The position numbers and the translations under genes were made by a program. This document shows, piece by piece, positions 1 to 9,967 of a stretch of 64,000 bases of DNA (its first letter is position 1; each line of letters opens with the position of its first letter). This DNA is from Candidatus Rifleibacteriota bacterium (lineage in GTDB: Bacteria > Muiribacteriota > Ozemobacteria > Ozemobacterales > Ozemobacteraceae). Location of the stretch: contig JADFYG010000010.1 of assembly GCA_015233155.1 (NCBI GenBank), positions 34,507 through 98,506 of the forward strand. The letters are read 5' to 3'. A model generated the notes under the pieces. The model did not search any database. It saw only the letters and a list, made by a program, of their open reading frames with translations, and was not told the origin of the DNA.

Positions 1-1128
1 GCAGGTCTTACCAGTGAACTCGAAAAAGGGCTGATGGCGATTCGACTTGTGCCCGTCAAATCAGTGTTTCAACGATTTCCCAGAATTATTCGAGATCTTG
101 CGCGCCAGCTTGGCAAGGAAGTTCAGCTGCAGATTCGCGGCGAAGATACCGAAATAGATAAGAAAACCCTGGAACAGATAAATGACCCGCTAGTGCATCT
201 GATTCGCAACTCCGTTGATCATGGCGTAGAGCTCCCAGACAAGCGTCGCGAAACCGGGAAACCCGTAGAAGGGGTGGTAATTCTTTCAGCGTCAATTCAT
301 GGCGACCAGATCAATATCGCTATTTCCGATGACGGCAAGGGACTTTCTCCGGTGGTCCTGAAGAATAAGGCGATTGAAAGAGGAATAATCACCCCGGAAG
401 AAGCCACCATCATGACGGATCGGGAAGCATACAATCTGATATTCGCGGCGGGTTTTTCCACGGCCGAAAAAGTTACGGATGTTTCAGGTCGCGGTGTAGG
501 CATGGATGTTGTCCGCAACAACATATCCGCCCTCCAGGGAACGGTCGAGATCGAGAGCAAGGTCGGAGAGGGCTCAACCTTTACGCTGAAACTGCCTATT
601 CAAAAACTTTGTCTTATGGTATTTCAAACGGTACTCGTGCAAGCCGGTCAAGAAGAATATCTGCTCCCCATGGAAAATGTTGCCTATCTGGTTAATATTC
701 CAACCTCTCAGATACATGTTTACAGCAATATGTTGTTTGTTCCCATACACGAAAAATTGTATCCGATGGCCTTTCTGGACCGCCTCCTCGATACCCGGCT
801 TCCAGCCCCCGCCGGAGCCCCAAACCCAGATATAAGCATTCCCAGAGACGGCAAAGATCTGGCAGTAGCGCTGATTCGCTGCTCAGCAGGAGAATACGCT
901 CTGGGTTTCGATCGCTTCATCAGTGAAGAACGCGTCGTCGTCAAGCCGCTGAAAAGCCGTCTGGTTCAATCCCCGCTATTCTCCGGCAGCGCAATAATGG
1001 GCGATGGCAGGGTTTCACTGGTATTAGAGCCAATCAATCTCGCCGAGCATTTTACCCATTATTCCGAGTACATCGCGGATAAAAATAATTGCGCGGCAAT
1101 CCCGGCGCCACTTCCCCGAAAGCGCTGA
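1..1128 (+). CDS. cheA: Chemotaxis histidine kinase CheA, C-terminal part (HATPase_c + CheW domains); 5'-truncated by the window edge
   Basis: DPLVHLIRNSVDHG, SDDGKG and FAAGFSTAEKVTDVSGRGVGMDVV boxes; C-terminal CheW-like GSAIMGDGRVSLVL; frame is open from base 1. Confidence 0.95.
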   Translation, partial: AGLTSELEKGLMAIRLVPVKSVFQRFPRIIRDLARQLGKEVQLQIRGEDTEIDKKTLEQINDPLVHLIRNSVDHGVELPDKRRETGKPVEGVVILSASIHGDQINIAISDDGKGLSPVVLKNKAIERGIITPEEATIMTDREAYNLIFAAGFSTAEKVTDVSGRGVGMDVVRNNISALQGTVEIESKVGEGSTFTLKLPIQKLCLMVFQTVLVQAGQEEYLLPMENVAYLVNIPTSQIHVYSNMLFVPIHEKLYPMAFLDRLLDTRLPAPAGAPNPDISIPRDGKDLAVALIRCSAGEYALGFDRFISEERVVVKPLKSRLVQSPLFSGSAIMGDGRVSLVLEPINLAEHFTHYSEYIADKNNCAAIPAPLPRKR

Positions 1129-1196
1129 CTTTTTTTCGCAGATGAAAAATGCCACTGAGCTGTGAACGCCAAAAAAGAGTCCTAGCGGAGTTTTTG

Positions 1197-1465
1197 CCAC
1201 AGATGAACTCAGATGCTCACAGATAAGACAGCTGGGTTAATCTGTGGAGTCATTTAATTCTCCGCAGGTGAATAGCTTGAATAGCACGATTTCGTTTATT
1301 AGGTAGGGCGGGACCGCTGGGCCCGCCGAGAAAGCTCTTGGCAAAGCACACGGCGCGCCCGGCGGTCGCGCCCTACCACAGAGCTTTTAAGTGCGTTTGC
1401 CCTGGTTAATCCGTTAATTTGTAGTTAATCGGTGGCTATCTGTGTTAGTCTGTGTCCATCTGTGG
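1197..1465. repeat. Inverted pair of 10-bp-period CACAGAT repeat arms (1197-1225 and 1437-1465), interrupted by a MITE
   Basis: ccacagatgaactcagatgctcacagata vs reverse complement ccacagatggacacagactaacacagata, 23/29 identical. Confidence 0.75.
1245..1404 (+). mobile_element. MITE-like element A carrying an inverted REP pair (chimeric TIRs: type X left, type Y right)
   Basis: Left end gtcatttaattctc, right end ttttaagtgcgtttgccctg; core gtagggcgggaccgc...gcggtcgcgccctac; flanks gttaatctg (1236-1244) and gttaatccg (1405-1413). Confidence 0.75.
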
Positions 1466-1548
1466 TTCATTCGTGGTTAATCTGTTGTTAAGGTGTTAAT
1501 CCGTCTTTATCAGCGATTCACACATAGGACAGTGAACAGGAGACTCCC

Positions 1549-4206
1549 ATGAAGCGTATTTATCCAGTAGCGCTGGCGGTATTTGTTTGTCTTTGGCTAT
1601 CAGCAGCCGGTTTATGTGCTCAGCCTTTGTCCGGCGAGTTGGGAGAGCTCTGTTCGCTGTTTGCACGATCGATGGCTCTGGAGCAGGAGTTACGGCCGGG
1701 AGTTGCGAAGATTTCGCCCGAGTCGTCCCGCATCAGGCAGGATTTCACCGACTCTGTTTCCCGAATAGAATTCCTGAAATCGATCGTATTGCGTGACATC
1801 GCGGCCGGCCTCGAAAAGGGCGATACGGAAGCCCTGGATGCATTTGTTTCCACTGTTTCCGCGCTGCCGTCGAATGATCCGGTACGTCGGCAGTTCATCC
1901 CTCTTACACGAGCCTTGCGATCAAAGCTGGTTTTCCTGCGACTGACAAGCGAACAAGCCCGCCATCAGGATATCGAATCGCGACTTGCAGCACTGGAAGG
2001 CATCAATGAAGCACTTTCAACGGCCGCTGCCCCCGGAAACACAAAATCGCCCCGGACCGCCCCGCCAATATATATTTCCTTTCACTGGCACATGCATCAG
2101 CCAATTTATTGGCCTTATGAAGACATCCTGACAACTGACCACCGCGGCGTCTACTCATATTCCGTCGTCGACGTTTTCAATCAACGCATGGGACCATATA
2201 CCTCATGGCCCTGGGACGCAGTCAAATCTATTGCAGATGCAGGTTTACCTGATGGCGGCGCGCAGGTGAGCTTTTCCGGCTCACTCATGGAAAATCTGAA
2301 TGTAATCAAGGGAAATTCCGGCTGGGCCGGTTCGTATGCTGCCGGTCGCCATCTGAAAACAGTTCGCGGAAATCCGCGTCTTGACATGGTTGCATTCGGG
2401 TATCACCATCCGCTCATGGCTTTGATAGGTTATGAGGACATTCGACGCCAGATAGCCGCGCATCGCGACATGCTTCTGCGCACTTTCGGCGATGACGTTC
2501 CGTATTCCAAAGGAATTTTTCCACCTGAAAATGCGTTCGCGAAATGGATGATTCCGGCTCTCGTCGACGAAGGTCTGGAATGGGTCATGGTGGATAATAT
2601 CCATTTCAATCGCGCATGCAAAGGTTATCCGTGGGTAAAAGGCGAAAACCTGTTTCCACCAAACCCGGCTGATCAGCGAAATGTGAACCCGGGTTCATGG
2701 CTGCAACTGAATGGGCTCTGGGCGCCGTCGAAGGTTTCCGCATGGGCTGACCGGCCACACTGGGTCGAGATGACAGATCCCGCAACCGGGAAGACGGCGA
2801 CCACACCCGGTGGCAAACCGGCGCGCATGATTGCTGTTCCCACTGAGCGATACCTCGGAAACGAAGACGGCCGTGGCGGCTTCGGAGCTTTGAACTACGA
2901 GGCTGTGATGTCTCAACTCCTCAGTGAAAATAATGATCCGGATCATCCGATTTTATTGGTTCTTCACCACGACGGCGATAATTACGGCGGCGGCTCAGAT
3001 GGTTACTATCACGCCAATTTTTCAAGATTCGTCGAGTGGGTGAAAGCAAACCCCGATCGTTTCGTCTGCACAACAGTACAAGATTATCTCGACCGTTTTC
3101 CGCCGGCTGCAAACGATGTAATTCATGTTGAACCAGGTTCATGGGCCGGCGCCGATAACGGAGACCCGGAATTTCTGAAATGGAACGGGAATCCCGACCC
3201 CAAGACCGGCTATTCGCCCGACAGAAACTCATGGGGCGTCATGACAGCATGCAGGAATATCGTTGCGACCGCCCGCGACCAGAAAGTTCCGAGTGCCGCA
3301 CTCAAAGCTGCAGAACGCATGCTGATGGTTGCTCAGACCAGTTGTTATGAGTACTGGGACGGCACTGAAATGTGGGACTCTCACCCGACCAGAGCATGCA
3401 ATCAAGCGGAAGAAGCAGTTGTTTCGCTACTGTCAACGAAGGAAAATGACGTGACACCACCTGCAATCTATATCCCACAAAGGGAGCCTTACAATCCGGG
3501 CGGCCAGGAATGGGGAACGAAGCCTGAATCAAGTGATTTTACCATCTGGACCTACGCATATGATTTCGGCGGCATCGGGAGTGTTGTTCTCAACTTACGA
3601 ACTCATCCGGGAATGACAGCTGCCGACACCTCATGCGATGTATTGGCTGGTGGCGAATGGAAGGCATTGCCCATGGAATCCCGGGCAATTCCGGCCCAGA
3701 CGAATCCGAAACCTCTTTTCAAGGCGGCGGAGTACTCGGCACGCGTTACCGGCCTGAAGGATGCGCTTGTCGACTACTATGTCACCGCCATGGATAAATC
3801 GGGGAATAAAACAAGTTCACCCATTTTGCACGTCTATGTCGGTAACGGAGCAACCAGTGACAGCGGAAACGGGACGGACGACCTGACCTGGACTCCGCTG
3901 CAACCTTCCCCGCGAGATATCGTGACATTCACCTCATCCAAGCACGGCACACTTCATTGGGGTGTGAATGGCTGGATGCTTCCTCCAAGCCCTGTCTGGC
4001 CAAAGGATACGGTTATCTGGCCGGATAACAAGGCCGTAGAAACACAAATGATCAAAAACGCATCAGGAACCTGGTCCGTAGATGTGGGGCCTTTCGGTGA
4101 CGCCAGTCGCCCCATTCACGAAATCGATGCAATCATGCATTTCGATGGCAACGCCTGGGGCAAGGACGCTTCCGTGTCTATCAATGACGGAGCGGCTTCA
4201 AGATAA
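1549..4206 (+). CDS. Secreted GH57-like alpha-amylase/amylopullulanase with C-terminal putative starch-binding module
   Basis: Signal peptide; FHWHMHQP, YHHPLM, FPPENAF, HDGDN and EPGSW motifs; Trp-rich C-terminal LHWGVNGW...VGPF domain; RBS aggag. Confidence 0.8.
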   Translation: MKRIYPVALAVFVCLWLSAAGLCAQPLSGELGELCSLFARSMALEQELRPGVAKISPESSRIRQDFTDSVSRIEFLKSIVLRDIAAGLEKGDTEALDAFVSTVSALPSNDPVRRQFIPLTRALRSKLVFLRLTSEQARHQDIESRLAALEGINEALSTAAAPGNTKSPRTAPPIYISFHWHMHQPIYWPYEDILTTDHRGVYSYSVVDVFNQRMGPYTSWPWDAVKSIADAGLPDGGAQVSFSGSLMENLNVIKGNSGWAGSYAAGRHLKTVRGNPRLDMVAFGYHHPLMALIGYEDIRRQIAAHRDMLLRTFGDDVPYSKGIFPPENAFAKWMIPALVDEGLEWVMVDNIHFNRACKGYPWVKGENLFPPNPADQRNVNPGSWLQLNGLWAPSKVSAWADRPHWVEMTDPATGKTATTPGGKPARMIAVPTERYLGNEDGRGGFGALNYEAVMSQLLSENNDPDHPILLVLHHDGDNYGGGSDGYYHANFSRFVEWVKANPDRFVCTTVQDYLDRFPPAANDVIHVEPGSWAGADNGDPEFLKWNGNPDPKTGYSPDRNSWGVMTACRNIVATARDQKVPSAALKAAERMLMVAQTSCYEYWDGTEMWDSHPTRACNQAEEAVVSLLSTKENDVTPPAIYIPQREPYNPGGQEWGTKPESSDFTIWTYAYDFGGIGSVVLNLRTHPGMTAADTSCDVLAGGEWKALPMESRAIPAQTNPKPLFKAAEYSARVTGLKDALVDYYVTAMDKSGNKTSSPILHVYVGNGATSDSGNGTDDLTWTPLQPSPRDIVTFTSSKHGTLHWGVNGWMLPPSPVWPKDTVIWPDNKAVETQMIKNASGTWSVDVGPFGDASRPIHEIDAIMHFDGNAWGKDASVSINDGAASR

Positions 4207-4220
4207 TACCTTCGATTATC

Positions 4221-4252
4221 AGGCGGGGGCGCGGCATGCCGCGCCCCCGCCT
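4221..4252. terminator. Perfect 32-bp GC-rich palindrome between convergent genes (bidirectional terminator or REP-like)
   Basis: aggcgggggcgcggca|tgccgcgcccccgcct. Confidence 0.7.
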
Positions 4253-4257
4253 TCCGT

Positions 4258-5886
4258 TTATTGACCTTCGAAATGCGTGCAGGATGGAAGTGACACGGAA
4301 AAAGTCTCAAGAAGCGATTTTATCCGGGGAATGATCTCTTCATCCAAAGCATAGAACGCCACCCTGGGTTCTGGTGAAATCAGGCACGCATCAGTGAATA
4401 CAAGATACCCGAGCAGTTTCCAGTTCGTCGGAAGCACGGGAAAAACTCCGGGGTAAACCATGGCGAAACGCACATTCCGTTCACGGGCCAGATTGTTCAT
4501 CCAGTCGGGGGATGCGCCTGGTCTACGCGCCTCGAGTGCCCTTTTCGAAGCAAGACCAAGCAGATCAAGGACATAGGAATTATTTCCGTACACGACTAAC
4601 CCCAGATCATTCACCGCGATCGGAGCGGCATAGAATTCCTGCGCAAATCTATGCATCTGGTACTGGTGACCGTATATATTATGAGCCGCCGCCGGAACAG
4701 CCAATGTGATCATAAGATAAGGCATACCGGTGATTGTAATGGCGGCGAAGCCAAGAAGAATGCTTTTATAAATTGGTTCGTAATCAATAAACGCCACAAG
4801 CGGATTACGAAAAACCCATATCGTGATAACCAGAAGATTCCCCCATAAATAAATTTCGTATCGGGAAAACCACCCTATTTTTCCAAAAACCAGCAGAGAA
4901 GCCGTTCCTAATACTGCCAAGAAAGCAATCAGGCGTTCGGTCACGTTTGGCGCATCAAGGCGATTCTGAAAAACAACCGCCAGCAGCAGCACTGAAAAAA
5001 ACGCAAGAATCGTTCCCTGGCGATTTACGAGATTTTCCACAAGGTTCTCAACGACTGATCCATGACCGCCGTTGCTCGATAATGGCGGTGGATTCAGAAT
5101 TTTTGCGATCACGGACGTGGGTAGAACACCCAGGCCATGCATCTGCAACATTCCGGAAAAACCAGCGACCGGAAGAATAATGCAAAGTCCGGCGATGACG
5201 GCCGACTTTCTGTAACCGCGCAATCCGATAACAATAATTGCGGGAAGGGACAATGCGAGATTTTCATAACGAATCAGAGGACCAAGAACAATCGCCGCTA
5301 TCAGCCACCATGATGGATGGCCGGTTTCCCCCCAACGTAAGAAACCGAAAAAAAACAGTGCCGTCAAAAAAAACTGAACGGAATGCTCCATGCCGGTAAA
5401 GGCCAGACCAACAAGCTGAATCGTCGGAATCAGGATTATCAGAATCAGGGGATGAAAAAACCTGCGTTTGACATCATTCAGATTCAGAAGTGATCGATGA
5501 ATGAACTCATTGAATATGCAAATTACTCCTATCGAGGCTAAAAAATTCAGGATCAATGGAACAAAGAGACCAATGCGTGTCGCGGCAAACGGGGCAAGCA
5601 AAAACGGCCATAGAATGCTCGAACATGGAGCTGCCCACTCACCCGCATTAACGCCGTATTCGCCATGCAGAATTCGCGACGCGAGAGCCAGATGTATATA
5701 TGGATCATCCAGAGTATAGGTGAATATACCATTATTTTTCAGGAGTAATGCCATCAAAAGGCCGATAAAGAGCAAAACGAAGACAATGAGAGCGGGAAAA
5801 AGGGCCGCGCGGGAAGACCCGGAATCGCTCGATGTTTTCGGGCAGAAACCGGCGGACTCAATCATAAAAATACAGTCTGATACCAT
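4258..5886 (-). CDS. Polytopic membrane protein, GT-C fold glycosyltransferase-like
   Basis: TLDDPYIH...G.N.GE...SSILW first-loop motif, GMEH, about 12 hydrophobic segments; start codon uncertain. Confidence 0.65.
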   Translation of the reverse strand: MVSDCIFMIESAGFCPKTSSDSGSSRAALFPALIVFVLLFIGLLMALLLKNNGIFTYTLDDPYIHLALASRILHGEYGVNAGEWAAPCSSILWPFLLAPFAATRIGLFVPLILNFLASIGVICIFNEFIHRSLLNLNDVKRRFFHPLILIILIPTIQLVGLAFTGMEHSVQFFLTALFFFGFLRWGETGHPSWWLIAAIVLGPLIRYENLALSLPAIIVIGLRGYRKSAVIAGLCIILPVAGFSGMLQMHGLGVLPTSVIAKILNPPPLSSNGGHGSVVENLVENLVNRQGTILAFFSVLLLAVVFQNRLDAPNVTERLIAFLAVLGTASLLVFGKIGWFSRYEIYLWGNLLVITIWVFRNPLVAFIDYEPIYKSILLGFAAITITGMPYLMITLAVPAAAHNIYGHQYQMHRFAQEFYAAPIAVNDLGLVVYGNNSYVLDLLGLASKRALEARRPGASPDWMNNLARERNVRFAMVYPGVFPVLPTNWKLLGYLVFTDACLISPEPRVAFYALDEEIIPRIKSLLETFSVSLPSCTHFEGQ

Positions 5887-6025
5887 TCACGATAAATAGG
5901 TGCGTAATTGATGCGTGGGAGCGATCAGGTGGATCTTCCGGGTAGTGTGCACAAACATTTAGTGATTGGCTTGATAATAGCGCTAGCATTGTTATTCTCC
6001 GGGTTGTGAAAGTCATCAATCGAAA

Positions 6026-8902
6026 TCAGACTGCGAGACGTTTCAAAAAGATCAGGGAAACGTCATCCGTAGCCGCTGAGCTTCCGATAAAGGCATCCAA
6101 TTTTTCGAACAGTGCGGCAACGGCTTTCTCCGGCTCAAGGCCGGCGACATCATCCAGCCATTGGCGGGCAAGGTCGTATCCCAACACCACTCCACCAGGG
6201 TCTGATGCCTCAACGAAGCCGTCCGTGTAAAATAGAACGATATCACCGGGGGCAAGCTGAATTTCCTTAACATCATATTCTATCTTCGTGCGCGTACCAA
6301 GGGGCATTGCGATCTGTTCAAGCATTTCGATCTTTCCGGTCGAAGCACATCGAAAAAAGGGGAAATTGTGTCCGGCATTCGAATATCGAAGAATATTGCT
6401 GACAGGGTCGATCGAATAGATAAACACGGTCATCATTTTTTGCCGTTTCAGGGCGCTGAGCATGAATCTGTTGAACGAGCCGAGCAGATCCGGGAAGGAA
6501 CGATGCATGTTTTCCTCGTTTGCGAAAACGGCTTTGGCCATCCCCATCACAAGTGCGGCCGCCACACCATGTCCGGAGACATCGCCAACGAGACCCGTGA
6601 TAGAAGTTTCACCTACATTGAAATAATCGAAGTAGTCGCCCCCCAAATCCGTCATTGAGCGGCTTTTGCCAAAAATATGGTAGTCGCTGAGTATCAACGC
6701 CTGCCTGGGAAACAGGCTTTCCTGGACGATACGGGCGATTTGCAGATCACGCATTCCTTCGATAACGTGATTCATCAGACCGGCCATTTCGCCGAATTCG
6801 TCCGCGGCATGAATCGGCACCTGATGGTCAAATTTTCGCTGCTGAATAGCTTCTATTCCCAGATTAAGATCGGAAATGGGGTTCAGAAACTGCTCTGACA
6901 GGAACATGCCTATGGAGGCGGTCGATACAAAAACAAGCAGTGACAATAACAACAAGCCACCCCAAAGATACTGGACATGGCGCTGCAAAGGCTGAAGAGA
7001 TGTATTCGCGGTAAGAATGTAACTTGTGAGATTCTGGCCCTTGATACCCAGCCAGAGATTATCCCCGTCGGGAGCACTGACGATATTGCGAATACTCGTT
7101 TTTGTGATCTTCAATTCATGCACGACACGATCAATTTGCACCTTGTCTTCAGGAAATGAAACCAGTGTATGGAAAAACGTCTCTTCGCCGACCGCATTTA
7201 CACGCCAGGAAAAATCAGACTGTCGCAGAAGCTCGCTGATGTGCTTTTTCATAAACTCATACTCGAGATCATAGCCTGGAACATTGACCATAACCATATA
7301 AGGTGCTGTTCCATCGGGAAGAAAAAGAGGATTCACATAAAGAAACGAAACTTCATTTCCTGTCTGGAAACGAAAAAATTCGCCTCGTTTTCTCAGTATT
7401 TCATCGACAAGATTTTTTGTCCCGCCAGTTGAAATGGAGCTGAAAATTCCCGACGCTGCTTCTGCTGCGAAAGTCCCCGAATCTATATGGCTGTCATTGT
7501 TTATTTTTTTCAGACCTTCGCGCGCAAGGAGTGAATACATCCGGGCAATTTCAGATCGTCGCTTCTCTTTCAGCTTTTCGTTGAAACAAAAAAGCGTATT
7601 GCCTTTATCATTTATGAGAAATATGTTGCTGATAGAAGGTTCTCTGCGAAAAGGCTCGAAAAAGCGTGAGATCTCTTCCGGGGAAGAATGCAAGTCGAAA
7701 TTTTTAATCATGCCGGTTATCCATGTGGTCAGTCGCAACTGCTCTTCGGGAAACCTCTCGTCGAACTGACGGAGCTTCAAACGCATCCGGGATTCGAGTT
7801 CCTGGAGCATGACCCGGCCATGGTCTTTCAGGGCGTAATACCCGCCTACGAGCAGGATTAACGACGGGATTCCCACGGCAAACAGGAAAAGACCGACAAG
7901 TTTGGACGGAATACGTGCCGCGAAGCCGCTTTCCCTGTTTTGAATTTTTACAAAAACAAACGCCGTCCAGAGCATGCCGATACCAAACAGGATCAGTCGC
8001 AATCTGTTGGAAATAAAAGCCGGTTTCGGGGAAATTGCAAGCAGATAGCCGCCTCTGCCTCTAAGCATGACGGTTCCGTGAAAGTAGCTTCCCTCAAAAT
8101 TGCGATCATATCTTGAAAGCGCGGCAAGAACCTCATGTTTCAATTCGGAGCGGCGATTCCATTGTGACGGGATAAGGTTAATCGTTCCCGAGGACATTTC
8201 GAACATGCCGACTTGCAGACGCTTTGTGTGGTGTCGAATCATAGCCATGGAACTCTGTAATGCACGATTTTCGCGAATTCCCGCCGGATGGATCAGAGCA
8301 CAGTAGCCACCGATATCGGCTGATCCTCCGAGATTATAATCCCAGGTGAAATAGCCGTCACGGGGACGATTATCAAGAGCTAACACGCTTCCCCGGAATT
8401 TTACAGCAAGCATCGGCTCCGGCATGATCAGAAATCGGCTCAGAATGCCCTCCTGAGTTTTTGTCACATCACGACGTTCTGAAGCATCAATCAGAGTCCC
8501 ATAAGCACGTTCGACGACTCCGCGAGTGTGTCGGGAACTACTCATTTCAGTGATTACACTGCCCTTCTTATCGAATACATAAAGGTCGAATGTTTGGGGA
8601 AACAAGCTAATCAAACGTTCGACCCCAAGCTTTTGAATTGATACAGGGCGAGTCTTTACAGCATCCATCATCCGTCGAATGGAGCGTTCAACCATGGCTA
8701 CATCATTATCAGCGGTCTGCAGTCGCCCAAGAACACTCTCGTGAAGCGCTCTCTCAGCAGATATGACGCGCTCGACCTCAAAGATTTCCATGAAATACAA
8801 TGCCGCAAGGAGAACGGCAACTGGAAAAACGGCAAAAACCAGAACAGCCATAACTGTGCGGGTCATCATACGTAATCTGGGAAAGAGGTCGGCAAAATTC
8901 AT
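6026..8902 (-). CDS. Membrane sensor with HAMP domain and SpoIIE/PP2C phosphatase domain
   Basis: TM segments; HAMP (DEFGEMA); LGGDYFDY, GDVSGHG, NAGH, YTDGFVEA and DDVS PP2C motifs. Confidence 0.9.
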   Translation of the reverse strand: MNFADLFPRLRMMTRTVMAVLVFAVFPVAVLLAALYFMEIFEVERVISAERALHESVLGRLQTADNDVAMVERSIRRMMDAVKTRPVSIQKLGVERLISLFPQTFDLYVFDKKGSVITEMSSSRHTRGVVERAYGTLIDASERRDVTKTQEGILSRFLIMPEPMLAVKFRGSVLALDNRPRDGYFTWDYNLGGSADIGGYCALIHPAGIRENRALQSSMAMIRHHTKRLQVGMFEMSSGTINLIPSQWNRRSELKHEVLAALSRYDRNFEGSYFHGTVMLRGRGGYLLAISPKPAFISNRLRLILFGIGMLWTAFVFVKIQNRESGFAARIPSKLVGLFLFAVGIPSLILLVGGYYALKDHGRVMLQELESRMRLKLRQFDERFPEEQLRLTTWITGMIKNFDLHSSPEEISRFFEPFRREPSISNIFLINDKGNTLFCFNEKLKEKRRSEIARMYSLLAREGLKKINNDSHIDSGTFAAEAASGIFSSISTGGTKNLVDEILRKRGEFFRFQTGNEVSFLYVNPLFLPDGTAPYMVMVNVPGYDLEYEFMKKHISELLRQSDFSWRVNAVGEETFFHTLVSFPEDKVQIDRVVHELKITKTSIRNIVSAPDGDNLWLGIKGQNLTSYILTANTSLQPLQRHVQYLWGGLLLLSLLVFVSTASIGMFLSEQFLNPISDLNLGIEAIQQRKFDHQVPIHAADEFGEMAGLMNHVIEGMRDLQIARIVQESLFPRQALILSDYHIFGKSRSMTDLGGDYFDYFNVGETSITGLVGDVSGHGVAAALVMGMAKAVFANEENMHRSFPDLLGSFNRFMLSALKRQKMMTVFIYSIDPVSNILRYSNAGHNFPFFRCASTGKIEMLEQIAMPLGTRTKIEYDVKEIQLAPGDIVLFYTDGFVEASDPGGVVLGYDLARQWLDDVAGLEPEKAVAALFEKLDAFIGSSAATDDVSLIFLKRLAV

Positions 8903-9034
8903 GCTCGTTACTGATTTCCCTCCGAAACTTGTGTATTATTCTTCTATAAGGCTCATAATGCGCCCTGTCAGTTAGTACCGTCAAGCCTCAAATAACCAGA
9001 CATTTATGTACCGCACACAACCGACCATTGTTGG

Positions 9035-9189
9035 CAGGGTCATTTAATTCTCGACCGTAGAATGGCTTGAATAGACTGATTTCAACGAATGGTAGGGCGG
9101 GACCGCCGGGACCGCCGAGAAAGCTCGTGGCAAAAGACGCGGCGCGCCCGGCGGTCGCTGCCCTACCTGTCGAGAATTAAATGACCCGA
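9035..9189 (+). mobile_element. MITE-like element B (type X TIRs) with REP pair
   Basis: Perfect 19-bp inverted repeat gggtcatttaattctcgac (9037-9055 and 9169-9187); flanks ccattgttgg and ccattgtatg (8/10). Confidence 0.8.
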
Positions 9190-9268
9190 CCATTGTATGA
9201 ATGGACCTACCCTGAAGTTCATGACGATGGTATACTTGATACAGTAAGTCTAATTTGAGATATCACAA

Positions 9269-9967
9269 ATGCCTTTGGAAAAGCAGATAATAACACCGGA
9301 AAACATTGTTATCAGGTATCAGCTGGCCGGGCCGGTCAGTCGGGGTGTCGCCTGGATGAACGATTTTGTATTCCAGGGAATCCTGATCGGAATCGGTGTC
9401 CTATTTATAAATATCTTTTTCTCCGGTTATTCGGTGAGATCCGTGAATGAAGTGCTGACAGTTATACATGCCTGCATCATTCTGTTTGGATATCACACTT
9501 ATTTCGATATTTTTGCCGAAGGAAGATCACCGGGCAAGAAGTCTGCCGGCATAAGAGTTGTACGACTCGACGGTCAGTCAATAGATTTTTTTCCGTCTAT
9601 CATTCGCAATCTTTTGCGGATCGTAGACTTCCTGCCGATAGGCTTCCTTCTTGGAGTTATAACCATGCTGATGAACGAGCAACATCAGCGCATCGGTGAT
9701 CTGCTCGCCCAGACATTGGTAATTCGGGAACCATCGCGGCCTCCTGATAAAGAGCCAATCGTGGGCTTCGTAGCCAGCGACAAGCCCCGTTTCAGAGCAA
9801 CGCGTTCGACAAATAACAGCTCTGCCAGACCGGTGGTCCAGAAGCCAATAAAACGCTCTCCATCACCTGGAAATAAACCCCCGGCTCCGACGGCAAAACC
9901 GACAAATACAGCAGATTCCGACTCCGACGCTGTTCTTCCTGACACCGATTCTGAGGAAAAGCCATGA
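9269..9967 (+). CDS. RDD family membrane protein
   Basis: TPENIVIRYQLAG..SR...D, GRSPGKK..GIRVV, RNLLRIVD, QRIGDLLAQT; Pro-rich tail. Confidence 0.9.
   Translation: MPLEKQIITPENIVIRYQLAGPVSRGVAWMNDFVFQGILIGIGVLFINIFFSGYSVRSVNEVLTVIHACIILFGYHTYFDIFAEGRSPGKKSAGIRVVRLDGQSIDFFPSIIRNLLRIVDFLPIGFLLGVITMLMNEQHQRIGDLLAQTLVIREPSRPPDKEPIVGFVASDKPRFRATRSTNNSSARPVVQKPIKRSPSPGNKPPAPTAKPTNTADSDSDAVLPDTDSEEKP

Noticed and set aside
1197-1503. Possible CRISPR array
   Set aside because: Units are about 10-bp degenerate tandem repeats without unique spacers, and no cas genes are present.
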